Assembly (NCBI GenBank): GCA_965368975.1
Contig: CBDUPA010000005.1
Location: forward strand, 224,001 to 288,000
DNA length: 64,000 nucleotides
DNA from: an uncultured bacterium
GTDB lineage: Bacteria > Acidobacteriota > Thermoanaerobaculia > Multivoradales > JAHZIX01
Reading direction: 5' to 3'
Made by a program: the position numbers and the translations under genes. Of this stretch, positions 18,910-28,200 are shown piece by piece. How positions within the stretch are numbered: position 1 is the stretch's first letter; each line of letters starts with the position of its first letter. The notes under the pieces are model-generated. The model searched no databases. It had not been told where the DNA came from and was given only the letters and a program-made list of their open reading frames with translations.

Positions 18910-19653
18910 ATGTTTCGATTGGACGGCAAGACGGCGCTGGTGACCGGCGCTTCCCAGGGGATTGGCGAGGCGATCGCGCGTCGACTGGCACAGCAAGGGG
19001 CGCGCGTCATCCTGGCAGCGCGCTCGGTCGACAAGCTGCAGGCCTTGCAGCAGGAACTCACCGACGCGGGAGCGCAAGCCACGGTACTGCCGCTCGATCT
19101 GTCGCAGGCGGCGGAGCTGGAGGCCCGCGTCAAGGAACTGCCGGAAGACTGGGCCAACATCGACATCCTGGTCAACAACGCTGGCATCACTGCCGACAAC
19201 CTGCTCGCACGCATGGGGCTCGATGACTGGCAGCGTGTGCTGGATACCAACCTCACCGGCACCTTCGCGCTGACCAAGTCGCAGGTACGCGGCATGATGC
19301 GTCGGCGCAGCGGCCGTATCATCAACATCTCGTCGGTGACCGGCCTGATGGGCAATCCCGGGCAGGCCAACTACGCCGCCGCCAAGGCCGGCCTGATCGG
19401 TTTCAGCAAGTCGCTGGCACGCGAATTGGGCAGCCGTGGTATTACCGTCAACGTCGTCGCTCCGGGTCTGATCGAGACGGCGATGACCGAAGGTTTGCCC
19501 GAGAAGGCACGCCAAGCGTTGACTGAGAACATCGTGGCCAAGCGCCTTGGCGATGTCGACGACATCGCTGCCGCCGTCGTTTACCTGGCCAGCGACGAAG
19601 CTGCCTACGTCACCGGTACCGTGCTCAACGTCTCTGGCGGCCTCTACATCTGA
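18910..19653 (+). CDS. fabG: 3-oxoacyl-ACP reductase
   Basis: TGASQGIG, NNAGIT.D, YAAAK, PG.IET.MT; AAGGAG before ATG 18910. Confidence 0.95.
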   Translation: MFRLDGKTALVTGASQGIGEAIARRLAQQGARVILAARSVDKLQALQQELTDAGAQATVLPLDLSQAAELEARVKELPEDWANIDILVNNAGITADNLLARMGLDDWQRVLDTNLTGTFALTKSQVRGMMRRRSGRIINISSVTGLMGNPGQANYAAAKAGLIGFSKSLARELGSRGITVNVVAPGLIETAMTEGLPEKARQALTENIVAKRLGDVDDIAAAVVYLASDEAAYVTGTVLNVSGGLYI

Positions 19654-19665
19654 TCTCGTAGCCGC

Positions 19666-19825
19666 GGCCTGGGTGACCAAGAGTTGCGTCAGGCCACCGG
19701 TTCATGCGATGCTCTCGGCGGAACCGGAACCCGTCGAGCCAAAGCGATCGAACACCCGGACTCCTCGCCAGGATGTCCTCCGAAGAGGTTCGGTTCCGAA
19801 ACATCCAAAAAGCTCCGGGCTCGAC
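19666..19825 (+). other. Highly base-paired intergenic segment (candidate terminator plus structured RNA)
   Basis: ggcctg/caggcc (19666-95), ccggttc/gaaccgg (19697-727), nested gtcgagc/gctcgac, ccgga/tccgg and ggatgt/acatcc enclosing two small hairpins. Confidence 0.35.
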
Positions 19826-19997
19826 TTCGACTTTGACCTCGGTGCGTGGTACCAACATCCTGGCGCCAGGCACCTACAAGGCTCGATCGTGTCGAACCCG
19901 ACTTCCTTGAGACCCGTAAATTCCAAAGACCCCCTAGGGACCCCGTTCTCGTACGGGCTCCGACGTACCCAGGGATAGAGACAGGAGGGACTTGCCC

Positions 19998-20243
19998 ATG
20001 TCTGCCGTTGCAAACAAGGTGAAGCAGATCATCGTCGACCAACTTGGTGTGGACGAAGACGAGGTGACCATGGACGCTAGCTTCACCGACGATCTCGGCG
20101 CCGACTCCCTCGACATCGTCGAGTTGGTCATGGCCTTCGAAGAAGAATTCAACATCGAGATCCCGGACGAAGAAGCCGAGAAGATCAGCCGCGTCAAGGA
20201 AGCCGTTTCGCACATCGAAGCGGCGGCGAAAGACGCCGAGTAA
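19998..20243 (+). CDS. acpP: Acyl carrier protein
   Basis: [20 protein letters not shown]; AGGAGG before ATG 19998. Confidence 0.97.
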   Translation: MSAVANKVKQIIVDQLGVDEDEVTMDASFTDDLGADSLDIVELVMAFEEEFNIEIPDEEAEKISRVKEAVSHIEAAAKDAE

Positions 20244-20273
20244 TTCCTTCGGCTCCTGCGAGGACTCCCCAAG

Positions 20274-21539
20274 TTGAGCAGAAAGGTCATTGAGACGCGT
20301 CGGGTTGCCGTCACTGGTATCGGTCTGGTTTCCGCCCTCGGGGTGGGGACCGAGATCAACTGGCGGTACCTGCGCGAGGGTAAGAGCGGCGCCGCCCGGA
20401 TCGACCGCTTCGACCCCTCGGAGTTCACCTCACAAATCGCTGCCCAGGTTACCGATTTCGATCCGCTGGACTACCTGCCGAAGAAGGAGGTCAAGAAGAC
20501 CGACTCTTTCACGCAGTATGCCCTAGCGGCTTCGACCTTCGCCATTGAGGACAGCGGCCTGGTGATCGATGGCAGCAACGACGAACGCGTCGGTGTCATC
20601 ATCGGCTCCGGTATCGGCGGTTTGCCGCTGATCGAGGCGACGCACGAGGTGTACATGGAGCGAGGGCCGAGTCGGATCTCGCCCTTCTTCATTCCGGCGA
20701 TGATCTCCAACTTGGCGGCCGGCCAGGTGTCGATCCGCTTCGGGGCCAAAGGCCCGAACACGACGCCGTGCACCGCCTGTACCACCGGCTTGCACGCTGT
20801 CGGAGATGCCTTCCGGCAGATTCAGCTCGGCTATGCCGACGCCATGATCGCTGGCGGTGCCGAGGGGCAGATCACGCCTCTCGGCGTCGGTGGCTTCTGT
20901 GCGATGAAAGCCCTTACCACGCGCAACGACGAGCCGGCAAAGGCGTCGCGGCCGTGGGACAAAGATCGGGACGGTTTCTTGGTTGGCGAAGGTTCCGGCA
21001 TCTTGGTCTTGGAAGCTCTGGACCAAGCGCAGGCGCGCGGGGCCACCATCTACGCCGAGGTCGTCGGCTACGGCATGAGCGCCGATGCCTACCACATCTC
21101 GGCACCACATCCGGACGGCGATGGCGCCGCCCGCGTCATGGCGGCCGCGCTCAAGGACGCCGAACTGCCGCCCGAGAGCATCGGCTACGTCAACGCCCAC
21201 GGTACCTCGACTCCTCTAGGTGACCTCTCCGAAGTGCGGGCCGTGCGGCGAGTGTTCGGTGAGCATGCCGAGCGATTGGCGGTGTCCTCGACCAAGAGTT
21301 GCACGGGCCATATGTTGGGTGCAGCCGGCGGCTTCGAAGCCGGGGTGCTGGCGCTGGCGTTGCACGATCAGACCCTGCCGCCGACCATCAACCTGGACGA
21401 ACCCGGCGAAGAATGTGACTTGGATTTCGTACCCAACACCGCGCGTGTGGTGGAGGGTTTGGAATATGCCTTGACCAACAGCTTCGGTTTCGGCGGCACC
21501 AACGGTGCGCTGATTCTGAGGCGCTGGTCGGGCGCGTAA
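20274..21539 (+). CDS. fabF: Beta-ketoacyl-ACP synthase II
   Basis: GSGIGG, TACTTG (Cys), NAHGTST, GHMLGAAG, NSFGFGGTN. Confidence 0.96.
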   Translation: MSRKVIETRRVAVTGIGLVSALGVGTEINWRYLREGKSGAARIDRFDPSEFTSQIAAQVTDFDPLDYLPKKEVKKTDSFTQYALAASTFAIEDSGLVIDGSNDERVGVIIGSGIGGLPLIEATHEVYMERGPSRISPFFIPAMISNLAAGQVSIRFGAKGPNTTPCTACTTGLHAVGDAFRQIQLGYADAMIAGGAEGQITPLGVGGFCAMKALTTRNDEPAKASRPWDKDRDGFLVGEGSGILVLEALDQAQARGATIYAEVVGYGMSADAYHISAPHPDGDGAARVMAAALKDAELPPESIGYVNAHGTSTPLGDLSEVRAVRRVFGEHAERLAVSSTKSCTGHMLGAAGGFEAGVLALALHDQTLPPTINLDEPGEECDLDFVPNTARVVEGLEYALTNSFGFGGTNGALILRRWSGA

Positions 21540-21579
21540 GCCGGTAACGGCTCGGTAGGGGCGTCGCTTCTGGCGCCTC
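21539..21579 (+). repeat. GTAA-loop hairpin followed by a GTAG-type REP-like palindrome
   Basis: agccg-gtaa-cggct (21539-52), then gtag-gggcgtc-gcttct-ggcgcctc. Confidence 0.45.
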
Positions 21580-21610
21580 ACTCACCGTGCTCCGGTGAAG
21601 CAGTATCCCG

Positions 21611-23485
21611 ATGAATCGTCGGGGTACCGATTGCATGCGACGGTCTCCGTACCACTTCGAGCCCGCGGAACACCTGCCGCAACTGACGGCAGTGATCCGC
21701 GAGCTGGAGGCGCTGGAGGACGTGGCGCCTCGGGATCTGGACCGCATCCAGCGCCGTCATCCCAAGCGAGATGGCCGGGTGTTTTCCAAGAGCGAGATCA
21801 TCCGCGGCTACCGCTACTTGCAGCGCCAGCGAGGTCTCGACCCGGACGCCGGTCGTCTCGTCGAGCGCCTGCAGATGAAACCCGTGCGGACGCACAGCGG
21901 GGTGGCGCCGGTGACCGTGCTGACCAAACCGTATCCGTGTCCCGGGCGATGCATTTTCTGTCCCAACGACGTGCGCATGCCCAAGAGCTACCTGTCCAAC
22001 GAACCCGGAGCCCAACGAGCCGCCAGCCATGGATTCGACCCCTACCTACAGACCTACTTCCGGCTACGCAGCCTGCGCAACATGGGGCACCGCGTGGACA
22101 AGGTCGAGCTGATCGTGCTGGGTGGTACCTGGTCCTTCTATCCGGAGCCCTACCAAATCTGGTTCCTCAAGCGCTGCTTCGACGCTCTCAACGATTTCGC
22201 CGACCGTGACGGTCCGCGGGACGATCCCGACGCCCTGGCGCCGGACGACGCCGTGCCCTTCGACCAGCTCGACGAGATCGGCGTCGCCGCGCACGCCGAC
22301 CGTCTGGAGCGAAGCTACAACCAGGTGGTCAGCGAGCACCTGCAGCAGCATCTCGACGGTCGCCTGCTGCCTGACGACGAGCACGCCGACTGGAGCGATC
22401 TCGAGTCCGTCCAGCGCGTCAACGAGGGACAGAAGGTGCGCTGCGTCGGCCTGGTGCTCGAGACGCGGCCCGACCACATCAGCGAAGACGAAGTCATCCG
22501 GGTGCGCCGCCTGGGCGCCACCAAGGTCCAGATCGGTATCCAGAGCCTGAACGATGTCGTGCTCGCAGCCAATCGCCGAGGCCACGACGTCGCCGCCACG
22601 CGCCGCGCGTTCCGGCTGCTGCGCGCCATGGGCTTCAAGTTGCACGCGCACTGGATGCCCAACCTCTATGGCTCCAACCCGCAAGCCGACCTCGACGACT
22701 TCGAGCGCCTGTTCGGCGACCCTGACTTCTGTCCCGACGAACTCAAGCTCTACCCCTGCTCCCTGATCGAGAGCGCCGAGCTGATGGTGCAGTATCGGGC
22801 TGGTGCGTGGCGCCCGTATAGCGACGACGAACTGCTCGGTGTGGTCACGGGCTGTCTCGAGCGGACGCCGCCCTGGTGCCGGCTGACCCGCGTCATTCGC
22901 GACATCCCGTCGCAGGACATCGTGGTCGGCAACAAGCAGACCAACTTCCGCGAAGTTGCCGAGCGCGCCCTGGCCGAGCGGGGAGGCGGCAGTCGCGACA
23001 TCCGCAGCCGCGAGATTCGCCGCCGCCAGGTGAAAGACGACGAGCTGCACCTCGACGCGATCGAGTACACCAGCGCCGTTGGTCGCGAAGTCTTCCTACA
23101 GTTCATCACCGACGCCGACGAGATCGCCGGTTTCCTGCGGCTGTCGCTGCCTTCCGAGCCCGTCTTCCTGGACGAGATCGCCGACAGCGCGATGGTGCGT
23201 GAAGTGCACGTCTACGGTGCGCTGGCGGGCTTCCAGAGTGCGGGCGAGACGTCCCCATCTCACCCCAAGACCCAAGATCCCAGAACCCAGCACCCCGAGA
23301 TTCAACACCCCAAGACCCAGCATCGGGGCCTCGGTCGCCGTCTGCTCGACGAGGCCGCCCGCCGGGCCGTCGAGGCCGGCTTTCACGACCTCGCCGTCAT
23401 TTCCTCTGTCGGCACCCGTGACTACTACCGCCGCCAGGGCTTCACCGACGGTGAGCTCTACCAACACCTTTCGCTCGTCCACTGA
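21611..23485 (+). CDS. elp3: Elp3-family radical SAM/KAT tRNA U34 carboxymethyltransferase
   Basis: KPVRTHSGVAPV, CPGRCIFCP, PKSY..EPG, GGTW, ETRPD, GIQS, HWMPNL, KLYP, RVIRDIP, N.RE, IRSRE, REVHVYG, QHRGLG, ISSVGTRDYY. Start 21611 or 21635. Confidence 0.92.
   Translation: MNRRGTDCMRRSPYHFEPAEHLPQLTAVIRELEALEDVAPRDLDRIQRRHPKRDGRVFSKSEIIRGYRYLQRQRGLDPDAGRLVERLQMKPVRTHSGVAPVTVLTKPYPCPGRCIFCPNDVRMPKSYLSNEPGAQRAASHGFDPYLQTYFRLRSLRNMGHRVDKVELIVLGGTWSFYPEPYQIWFLKRCFDALNDFADRDGPRDDPDALAPDDAVPFDQLDEIGVAAHADRLERSYNQVVSEHLQQHLDGRLLPDDEHADWSDLESVQRVNEGQKVRCVGLVLETRPDHISEDEVIRVRRLGATKVQIGIQSLNDVVLAANRRGHDVAATRRAFRLLRAMGFKLHAHWMPNLYGSNPQADLDDFERLFGDPDFCPDELKLYPCSLIESAELMVQYRAGAWRPYSDDELLGVVTGCLERTPPWCRLTRVIRDIPSQDIVVGNKQTNFREVAERALAERGGGSRDIRSREIRRRQVKDDELHLDAIEYTSAVGREVFLQFITDADEIAGFLRLSLPSEPVFLDEIADSAMVREVHVYGALAGFQSAGETSPSHPKTQDPRTQHPEIQHPKTQHRGLGRRLLDEAARRAVEAGFHDLAVISSVGTRDYYRRQGFTDGELYQHLSLVH
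23261..23320 (+). repeat. 15-bp x4 degenerate tandem repeat inside the Elp3 KAT domain
   Basis: caccccaagacccaa/gatcccagaacccag/caccccgagattcaa/caccccaagacccag = HPKTQ DPRTQ HPEIQ HPKTQ. Confidence 0.85.
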
Positions 23486-23494
23486 TCGCGCATT

Positions 23495-24442
23495 ATGAAA
23501 CGAACTCTCTTCTTGCTCACGCCGATCTTCCTGATCGTCATTGGCGTCTTCTACTACACGGCCTACCGCAAGACGCGCTCCCAGACCATCGTCTACCAGG
23601 CCCCCGGCGCCGACACTGTGCGCGTCGAGAAGGACCTGATCTACCTGCCGGTGGACGACGAGCGTCCGAATGGAGACACCGCTCGGGCCTTCGACCTGTA
23701 CCTGCCGCCGGAGCCGTCCGCGCAGCCGCTGCCGGTCGTCGTCCTGGTGCATCCGGACGGTCCCGCCAGCGTCATCGACAACTTCAAAGACTGGGGCCAG
23801 ATGACCTCGTGGGCCCGCACCTTCGCCGCCTCCGGCCTGGCTGCCGTCACCTTCAATCGGAGTTCCACCGAACTGCTGAAGGACATCGAAGTTGTCGCCG
23901 CCGAGGTCGAGGCGATGCTGGCCTACCTCCAGCAGCACGGCGAACGCCTCGGCATCGATCCACAGCGCATCGGCATCTGGGCCAACTCCTCGGCGCCGCC
24001 GTTCGCCCTGCGTGCCGTCCTGCGTGATCGTCCCGCAAACGTGCGCGCCATCGCCATCTACTACGGGGCCGTCAGTTTCGACGCCTTCCCGGCCGTGCAC
24101 ACGCGCGACGCCGAGCCGAGCCTGTGGCACGAATTCGATCTCGCCCGTCATCTCGGTGCATCGGGCCACCTGGACCCACCATCGACCGACGCTGAGAGCG
24201 GCCCCGTCCAAGATTTGCCCGCCATGCTCGTGGCGATCGCCGGCAAGGACACCCCCGAGCTGAACACCGCCCTCACCAACTTCATCGATGCCGCACGCGC
24301 CCACGGCGGCGACGTCACCGTACTCGAACATCCCGAAGGCGACCACGCCTTCGACCTGGGTAGCGATACCGACACGACGCGCAACATCGTGCGTCAGACC
24401 ATCGAGTTCTTCCAACATCACCTCACGGAGGCCCGAGGATGA
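23495..24442 (+). CDS. Membrane-anchored alpha/beta hydrolase (dienelactone-hydrolase-like)
   Basis: N-terminal TM, FDLYLP, VVLVH, GIDPQRIGIWANSSA (atypical nucleophile elbow), GKD, GDHAFD. Confidence 0.75.
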   Translation: MKRTLFLLTPIFLIVIGVFYYTAYRKTRSQTIVYQAPGADTVRVEKDLIYLPVDDERPNGDTARAFDLYLPPEPSAQPLPVVVLVHPDGPASVIDNFKDWGQMTSWARTFAASGLAAVTFNRSSTELLKDIEVVAAEVEAMLAYLQQHGERLGIDPQRIGIWANSSAPPFALRAVLRDRPANVRAIAIYYGAVSFDAFPAVHTRDAEPSLWHEFDLARHLGASGHLDPPSTDAESGPVQDLPAMLVAIAGKDTPELNTALTNFIDAARAHGGDVTVLEHPEGDHAFDLGSDTDTTRNIVRQTIEFFQHHLTEARG

Positions 24443-27285
24443 GCTTCCAGACCCCGACTTTCGAGCCCGGAGACACCGTCTCCCACCGCCACAACCCAGA
24501 CCTCGGCCCCGGCCGCATCGTCAGCCTCGATCCGCGGCGCATCCAGGTCGAGTTCCCCGACGCGCGCAAGGTTCTGTTCATCTCCGCCGCCGCCGATGCC
24601 CTCGAAAGGCTGGAGCTACACGCCGGCGGTAAGGCGCGCTATCGCGTCACCGGCAAGAAAGTCGGCTTGGTCAAGCCGAGTGACGACGGCGAGCACTGGC
24701 ACCTGACTAACGGTGAGACCGTTCTCGCCTCCGAGTTGTTGCCGCTGCCGCAGCCGCCGTCACCGTTGGAGCGTCTGGCCTCCGGCAAGGTCGACGCCTT
24801 CGAAGACTTCCGCAACCGCCTCGACGCCCTGCGTCTGCTGCGCCTGCGCGAAGCTCAGGGCCTCGGCTCCTTCCTCGGTGGCCGTATCCGTCTCTTCCCG
24901 CACCAGCTCTACGTCGCCGAGAAAGCCTGCCACAGCGATCCCGTGCGCTGGCTGCTGGCCGACGAGGTCGGCCTCGGCAAGACCGTCGAAGCCTGCCTCA
25001 TTCTGCAGCGCCTGGTGCACACGGGGCGTGCCGGTAAGATCCTGGTGCTGGCGCCCGAAACCCTCACCGTGCAGTGGCTCGGCGAGCTGTGGCGCAAACA
25101 CCACCAGGTCTTCGCCCTGCTCGACCACAAGCGCCTCGCCGACGTCCACCGCGACTTCGGTCGTCGTCTCAACCCCTTCGAGGTCTACACCCGCGCCATC
25201 CTCAGCTTCGAGCTGCTACAAGAGCGGCCCAGCCTGGCACGCCAAGCCGTCGAGGCCGGCATCGACCTGCTCGTGGTCGACGAAGCCCACCACCTCAAGC
25301 GTCCGCCCAAGCACAGCGGCAACCTGCTCTATCGCGCTGTCCAGCGCATTACCAAGCAGGGCAATCACGTGCTGCTGCTCTCCGCCACACCGCTGGAAGA
25401 AGACGCCCACGGCTTCTTCCGCCTGCTGCAGATGCTGCGACCGGAAGAGTTCGCCGAGTCCTCCAGCTTCGAGAAGCGTCTGCGGGCACGGCGCCCCCTG
25501 CCGCCTTGCACCAGCGCTACCCGCCGCCGCGACATCGGCGGCCTGCCGCCGCGCAAGGCCTTCCCGGTCAACCTGCGCAAAGTCGACTGGGCCCCCTGGT
25601 CGCGCATCGAACTCGAACTCCGCCGCCTGACGGCACGCAGTCCCACGCAGCGCAAGCGCCGCCTCGAGCAGCTCGAGCGCTCCCTGTCCTCTCCGGCGTC
25701 CCTGCTCAACCTGTTGGACATCGAAGAGATCAAGGAACCGGTCGATCCGAAGGCCGAGGACGGCAAGAAGAACGGGGACAGCAAGAAGGTCGAAACGCCC
25801 GCGGAGGCGCCCGTCGCAGCAGCCGCACCGGCACCGCCGACCAAGCGCATCGGCAGACCCAAGGGCACGGCGATCGACGAAGAAGAGTACCCCGGCGAAG
25901 GCAAACCCCCGAGCCGTCGTGGCCGGGCCGCCCGCGGCCGTGGCCGCTGGCGCCGCCGCCGGGGCCGTGGAGAGGAGGGGGGCGTCAATCCGGTCGAGAT
26001 CGAGACCAAGGTCGCCGAACTGGCGCGTGACCTGCTCGACGACAACGACGCCGCCGATCCCGAAAAGGATCCCCGCCTCGCCTGGCTGCTCGAACAGCTG
26101 CCGCAGTGGCGCAAAGACGGCGACAAGGTCCTGCTTTTCGTCGCCTGGAAAGACAGCATGGACGCGCTCAAGAAGGCGATCGAGTGGCACGGCCAGACCC
26201 GCGTCAGCCTGTTTCACGAAGAGCTTTCCCCTGAGCGCCGCGACCTCGAAGTCGCGCAGTTCCGCCTGCCCGAAGGCCCCACCTTGCTGCTCTCCACCGA
26301 GTGTGGCGGCGAGGGTCGAAACTTCGAGTTCTGCCGCCGCCTGGTGCTCTACGATTTGCCCCTCGATCCCGCCAAAGTCGAGCAGCGCATCGGCCGTCTC
26401 GATCGCATCGGCCGTAAAGTGCCCACCGAGATCGTCTACTTCCGGCCACCCCGGGGCCTCGGCCGCGTCGCCGTCGAGTTGTACGAGAAACTCGGCGTCT
26501 TCCGCGAACCGCAAAGTGGCATGGTGCGCGAACTCGATCGCATCGCCGAGCGTCTGCGCGACATGGCTCTGGCCAAGCGTCCCCCCGAGCCCGACGCCTT
26601 TGACGATCTCCTCGACTCCGCACGAAAGAGCCGCAACCGCATCCGCCGTGCCGCCTACCACGAGCTGCACCGCGCTCCCTACCGCCGCCGCATGGCCAAG
26701 GACATCCTCCAGCGCGTGCCACCCGACCTCGACGAACTCAACGAAGACGTCGTCCTGCGCGCCGCCGCCCGCTTCGGCTTCAAGATCGAGGAACGTCGCG
26801 GCCCCCGCGCCAACTACATCGAACTAGGCTCCGAAGCCCTGGTCGACCGCCTCCCCGGCGTCAAACCCGGCTCCCGCTTCCTCGGCACCTTCGACCGCGA
26901 ATTCGCCGTCGAAGACGAAGGCATGGACTACTTCGCCTCCGGCCACCCCCTGGTCGAGGGTGTCCTCGCCGAACTCGAAGACGGTCCCCGCGGCCGCTCC
27001 GCGGTCTTCCGTCTGGACGGTGACGAAGAAACCTTCGGTCTGCTCGCCCTCTACAAGAAAGGCCCCGAGTTCGAGGCCGTCGCGGTCGATAGGGAAGGCA
27101 ACAAGCGTCCCGACCTGGTGCAGATCATCCTGGAAGGCGAACAGAAGGTCCATCGCGTCGATGCCCCCAAGTGGACCGGCCAAGCCGGCTGGAAGCCAAC
27201 CCTGGAGCGCATCGCCAAGTACCTGCCGCACGATCGTCCACAAGCGGTAGCGGCGTTCCGCGTCAAGAAGGTGACCGGGGACTGA
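24439..27285 (+). CDS. SNF2-family helicase/ATPase, RapA/HepA-like
   Basis: FPHQL, LLADEVGLGKT, QW..EL, VVDEAH, LLLSATP, GGEGRNF, EQRIGRLDRIG, GTFDRE.A, GHPLV. Confidence 0.88.
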   Translation: MSFQTPTFEPGDTVSHRHNPDLGPGRIVSLDPRRIQVEFPDARKVLFISAAADALERLELHAGGKARYRVTGKKVGLVKPSDDGEHWHLTNGETVLASELLPLPQPPSPLERLASGKVDAFEDFRNRLDALRLLRLREAQGLGSFLGGRIRLFPHQLYVAEKACHSDPVRWLLADEVGLGKTVEACLILQRLVHTGRAGKILVLAPETLTVQWLGELWRKHHQVFALLDHKRLADVHRDFGRRLNPFEVYTRAILSFELLQERPSLARQAVEAGIDLLVVDEAHHLKRPPKHSGNLLYRAVQRITKQGNHVLLLSATPLEEDAHGFFRLLQMLRPEEFAESSSFEKRLRARRPLPPCTSATRRRDIGGLPPRKAFPVNLRKVDWAPWSRIELELRRLTARSPTQRKRRLEQLERSLSSPASLLNLLDIEEIKEPVDPKAEDGKKNGDSKKVETPAEAPVAAAAPAPPTKRIGRPKGTAIDEEEYPGEGKPPSRRGRAARGRGRWRRRRGRGEEGGVNPVEIETKVAELARDLLDDNDAADPEKDPRLAWLLEQLPQWRKDGDKVLLFVAWKDSMDALKKAIEWHGQTRVSLFHEELSPERRDLEVAQFRLPEGPTLLLSTECGGEGRNFEFCRRLVLYDLPLDPAKVEQRIGRLDRIGRKVPTEIVYFRPPRGLGRVAVELYEKLGVFREPQSGMVRELDRIAERLRDMALAKRPPEPDAFDDLLDSARKSRNRIRRAAYHELHRAPYRRRMAKDILQRVPPDLDELNEDVVLRAAARFGFKIEERRGPRANYIELGSEALVDRLPGVKPGSRFLGTFDREFAVEDEGMDYFASGHPLVEGVLAELEDGPRGRSAVFRLDGDEETFGLLALYKKGPEFEAVAVDREGNKRPDLVQIILEGEQKVHRVDAPKWTGQAGWKPTLERIAKYLPHDRPQAVAAFRVKKVTGD

Positions 27286-27295
27286 GAGCGTCCTG

Positions 27296-28081
27296 GTGGA
27301 CGAAAAAACGAGGCGCGCCCTCAACGCCATCAACCGCCACTTCTACCAGCACCACGCTGAGCGCTTCAGCGAGACTCGCTCGAAGCCTTGGCAAGGTTGG
27401 GATTACGTCGTGCGTCGCTTGCTGGAACGCTCGGTAGGGAAACCGGCGGAGCCTTTGCGCGTGCTGGACGTGGGCTGTGGCAACGGGCGGTTCGGGGAGC
27501 TACTGCACCAGAAGTTCCCGCGGGCCGTCGAGTACCTCGGCATTGACTCCAGCGCGCCGCTCCTGGAGCACGCGCGCGCGCGACTGCAGGGGCGAGGGGA
27601 CTGGGATGTCGAATTCGTCCAGCACGACTTCGTGGAAGCTGGGCTGGCAGAAGTGGTGGGCGAGCGATTCGACCTGGTGGTGCTGTTTGGCGTGCTGCAC
27701 CACATACCGGGTGCCGAGGTGCGACAGCGCTTGGTCGGAGAGTTATTGGGGAGCCTGGCGCCAGGTGGGGAGGTGGTGCTGTCGGTGTGGCGCTTTGCGG
27801 AGGACCCGCGGTATGAGCGTCGCGTGGTGAGCTGGGAGGAGCACAACGCGTGGGTGCGGGAGAGCGGGGTGGGCGTCGAGATGCTGGTGGATGCTGGGGA
27901 GGTCGAGGAGGGGGATGTGTTGCTGCGGTGGGGTGGGAGGGAGTCGAGTTGGTGGCGGTATTGTCATGCGGTGGGGGAGGGGGAGTTGGGGGAGCTGGTG
28001 AAGCGGGGTGGTGGGATTGTGGTGGAAGCGGGGGTGGGGGATGGGGGGAATGGGTACTGGTGGGTCAAGTTGGAGAGTTGA
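27296..28081 (+). CDS. Class I SAM methyltransferase, Trm9/ALKBH8-like
   Basis: FY..HAERFSETRSKPW, LDVGCGNGR, GIDSS..LL, FD....GVLHH, L.PGG...SVW, RYCH...EGEL: the motif order of Trm9-type tRNA carboxyl methyltransferases. Confidence 0.8.
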   Translation: MDEKTRRALNAINRHFYQHHAERFSETRSKPWQGWDYVVRRLLERSVGKPAEPLRVLDVGCGNGRFGELLHQKFPRAVEYLGIDSSAPLLEHARARLQGRGDWDVEFVQHDFVEAGLAEVVGERFDLVVLFGVLHHIPGAEVRQRLVGELLGSLAPGGEVVLSVWRFAEDPRYERRVVSWEEHNAWVRESGVGVEMLVDAGEVEEGDVLLRWGGRESSWWRYCHAVGEGELGELVKRGGGIVVEAGVGDGGNGYWWVKLES

Positions 28082-28120
28082 TAGCGGTCAGAAGAGCGGT
28101 GCGAGGTCGGCTGGGGTGCC

Positions 28121-28149
28121 TTGACACCTCGGAGGTAGATGACAATACT
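28121..28149 (+). promoter_or_regulatory. Sigma70-like promoter of vapBC with a spacer palindrome (possible operator)
   Basis: TTGACA (28121-26), 17 nt, AATACT (28144-49); acctc-g-gaggt at 28126-36. Confidence 0.45.
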
Positions 28150-28200
28150 GGTCTTACCCGCTTCTTACTGAGGGCTCAGCCCCTGACAGAGGACTCAACC

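Noticed and set aside
23495-24442. Hydrolase as an mcm5U methyl-esterase in the Elp3/Trm9 string
   Set aside because: The N-terminal TM/signal suggests an extracytoplasmic location; only adjacency supports the idea.
27300-27500. Replication origin at the C-to-G skew switch
   Set aside because: The switch lies inside a CDS, with no DnaA boxes, AT-rich unwinding element or dnaA/dnaN nearby.
27850-28200. Gly-rich N-terminal extension of the antitoxin ORF
   Set aside because: Artefact of the G-rich methyltransferase end; the promoter and RBS point to ATG 28201.
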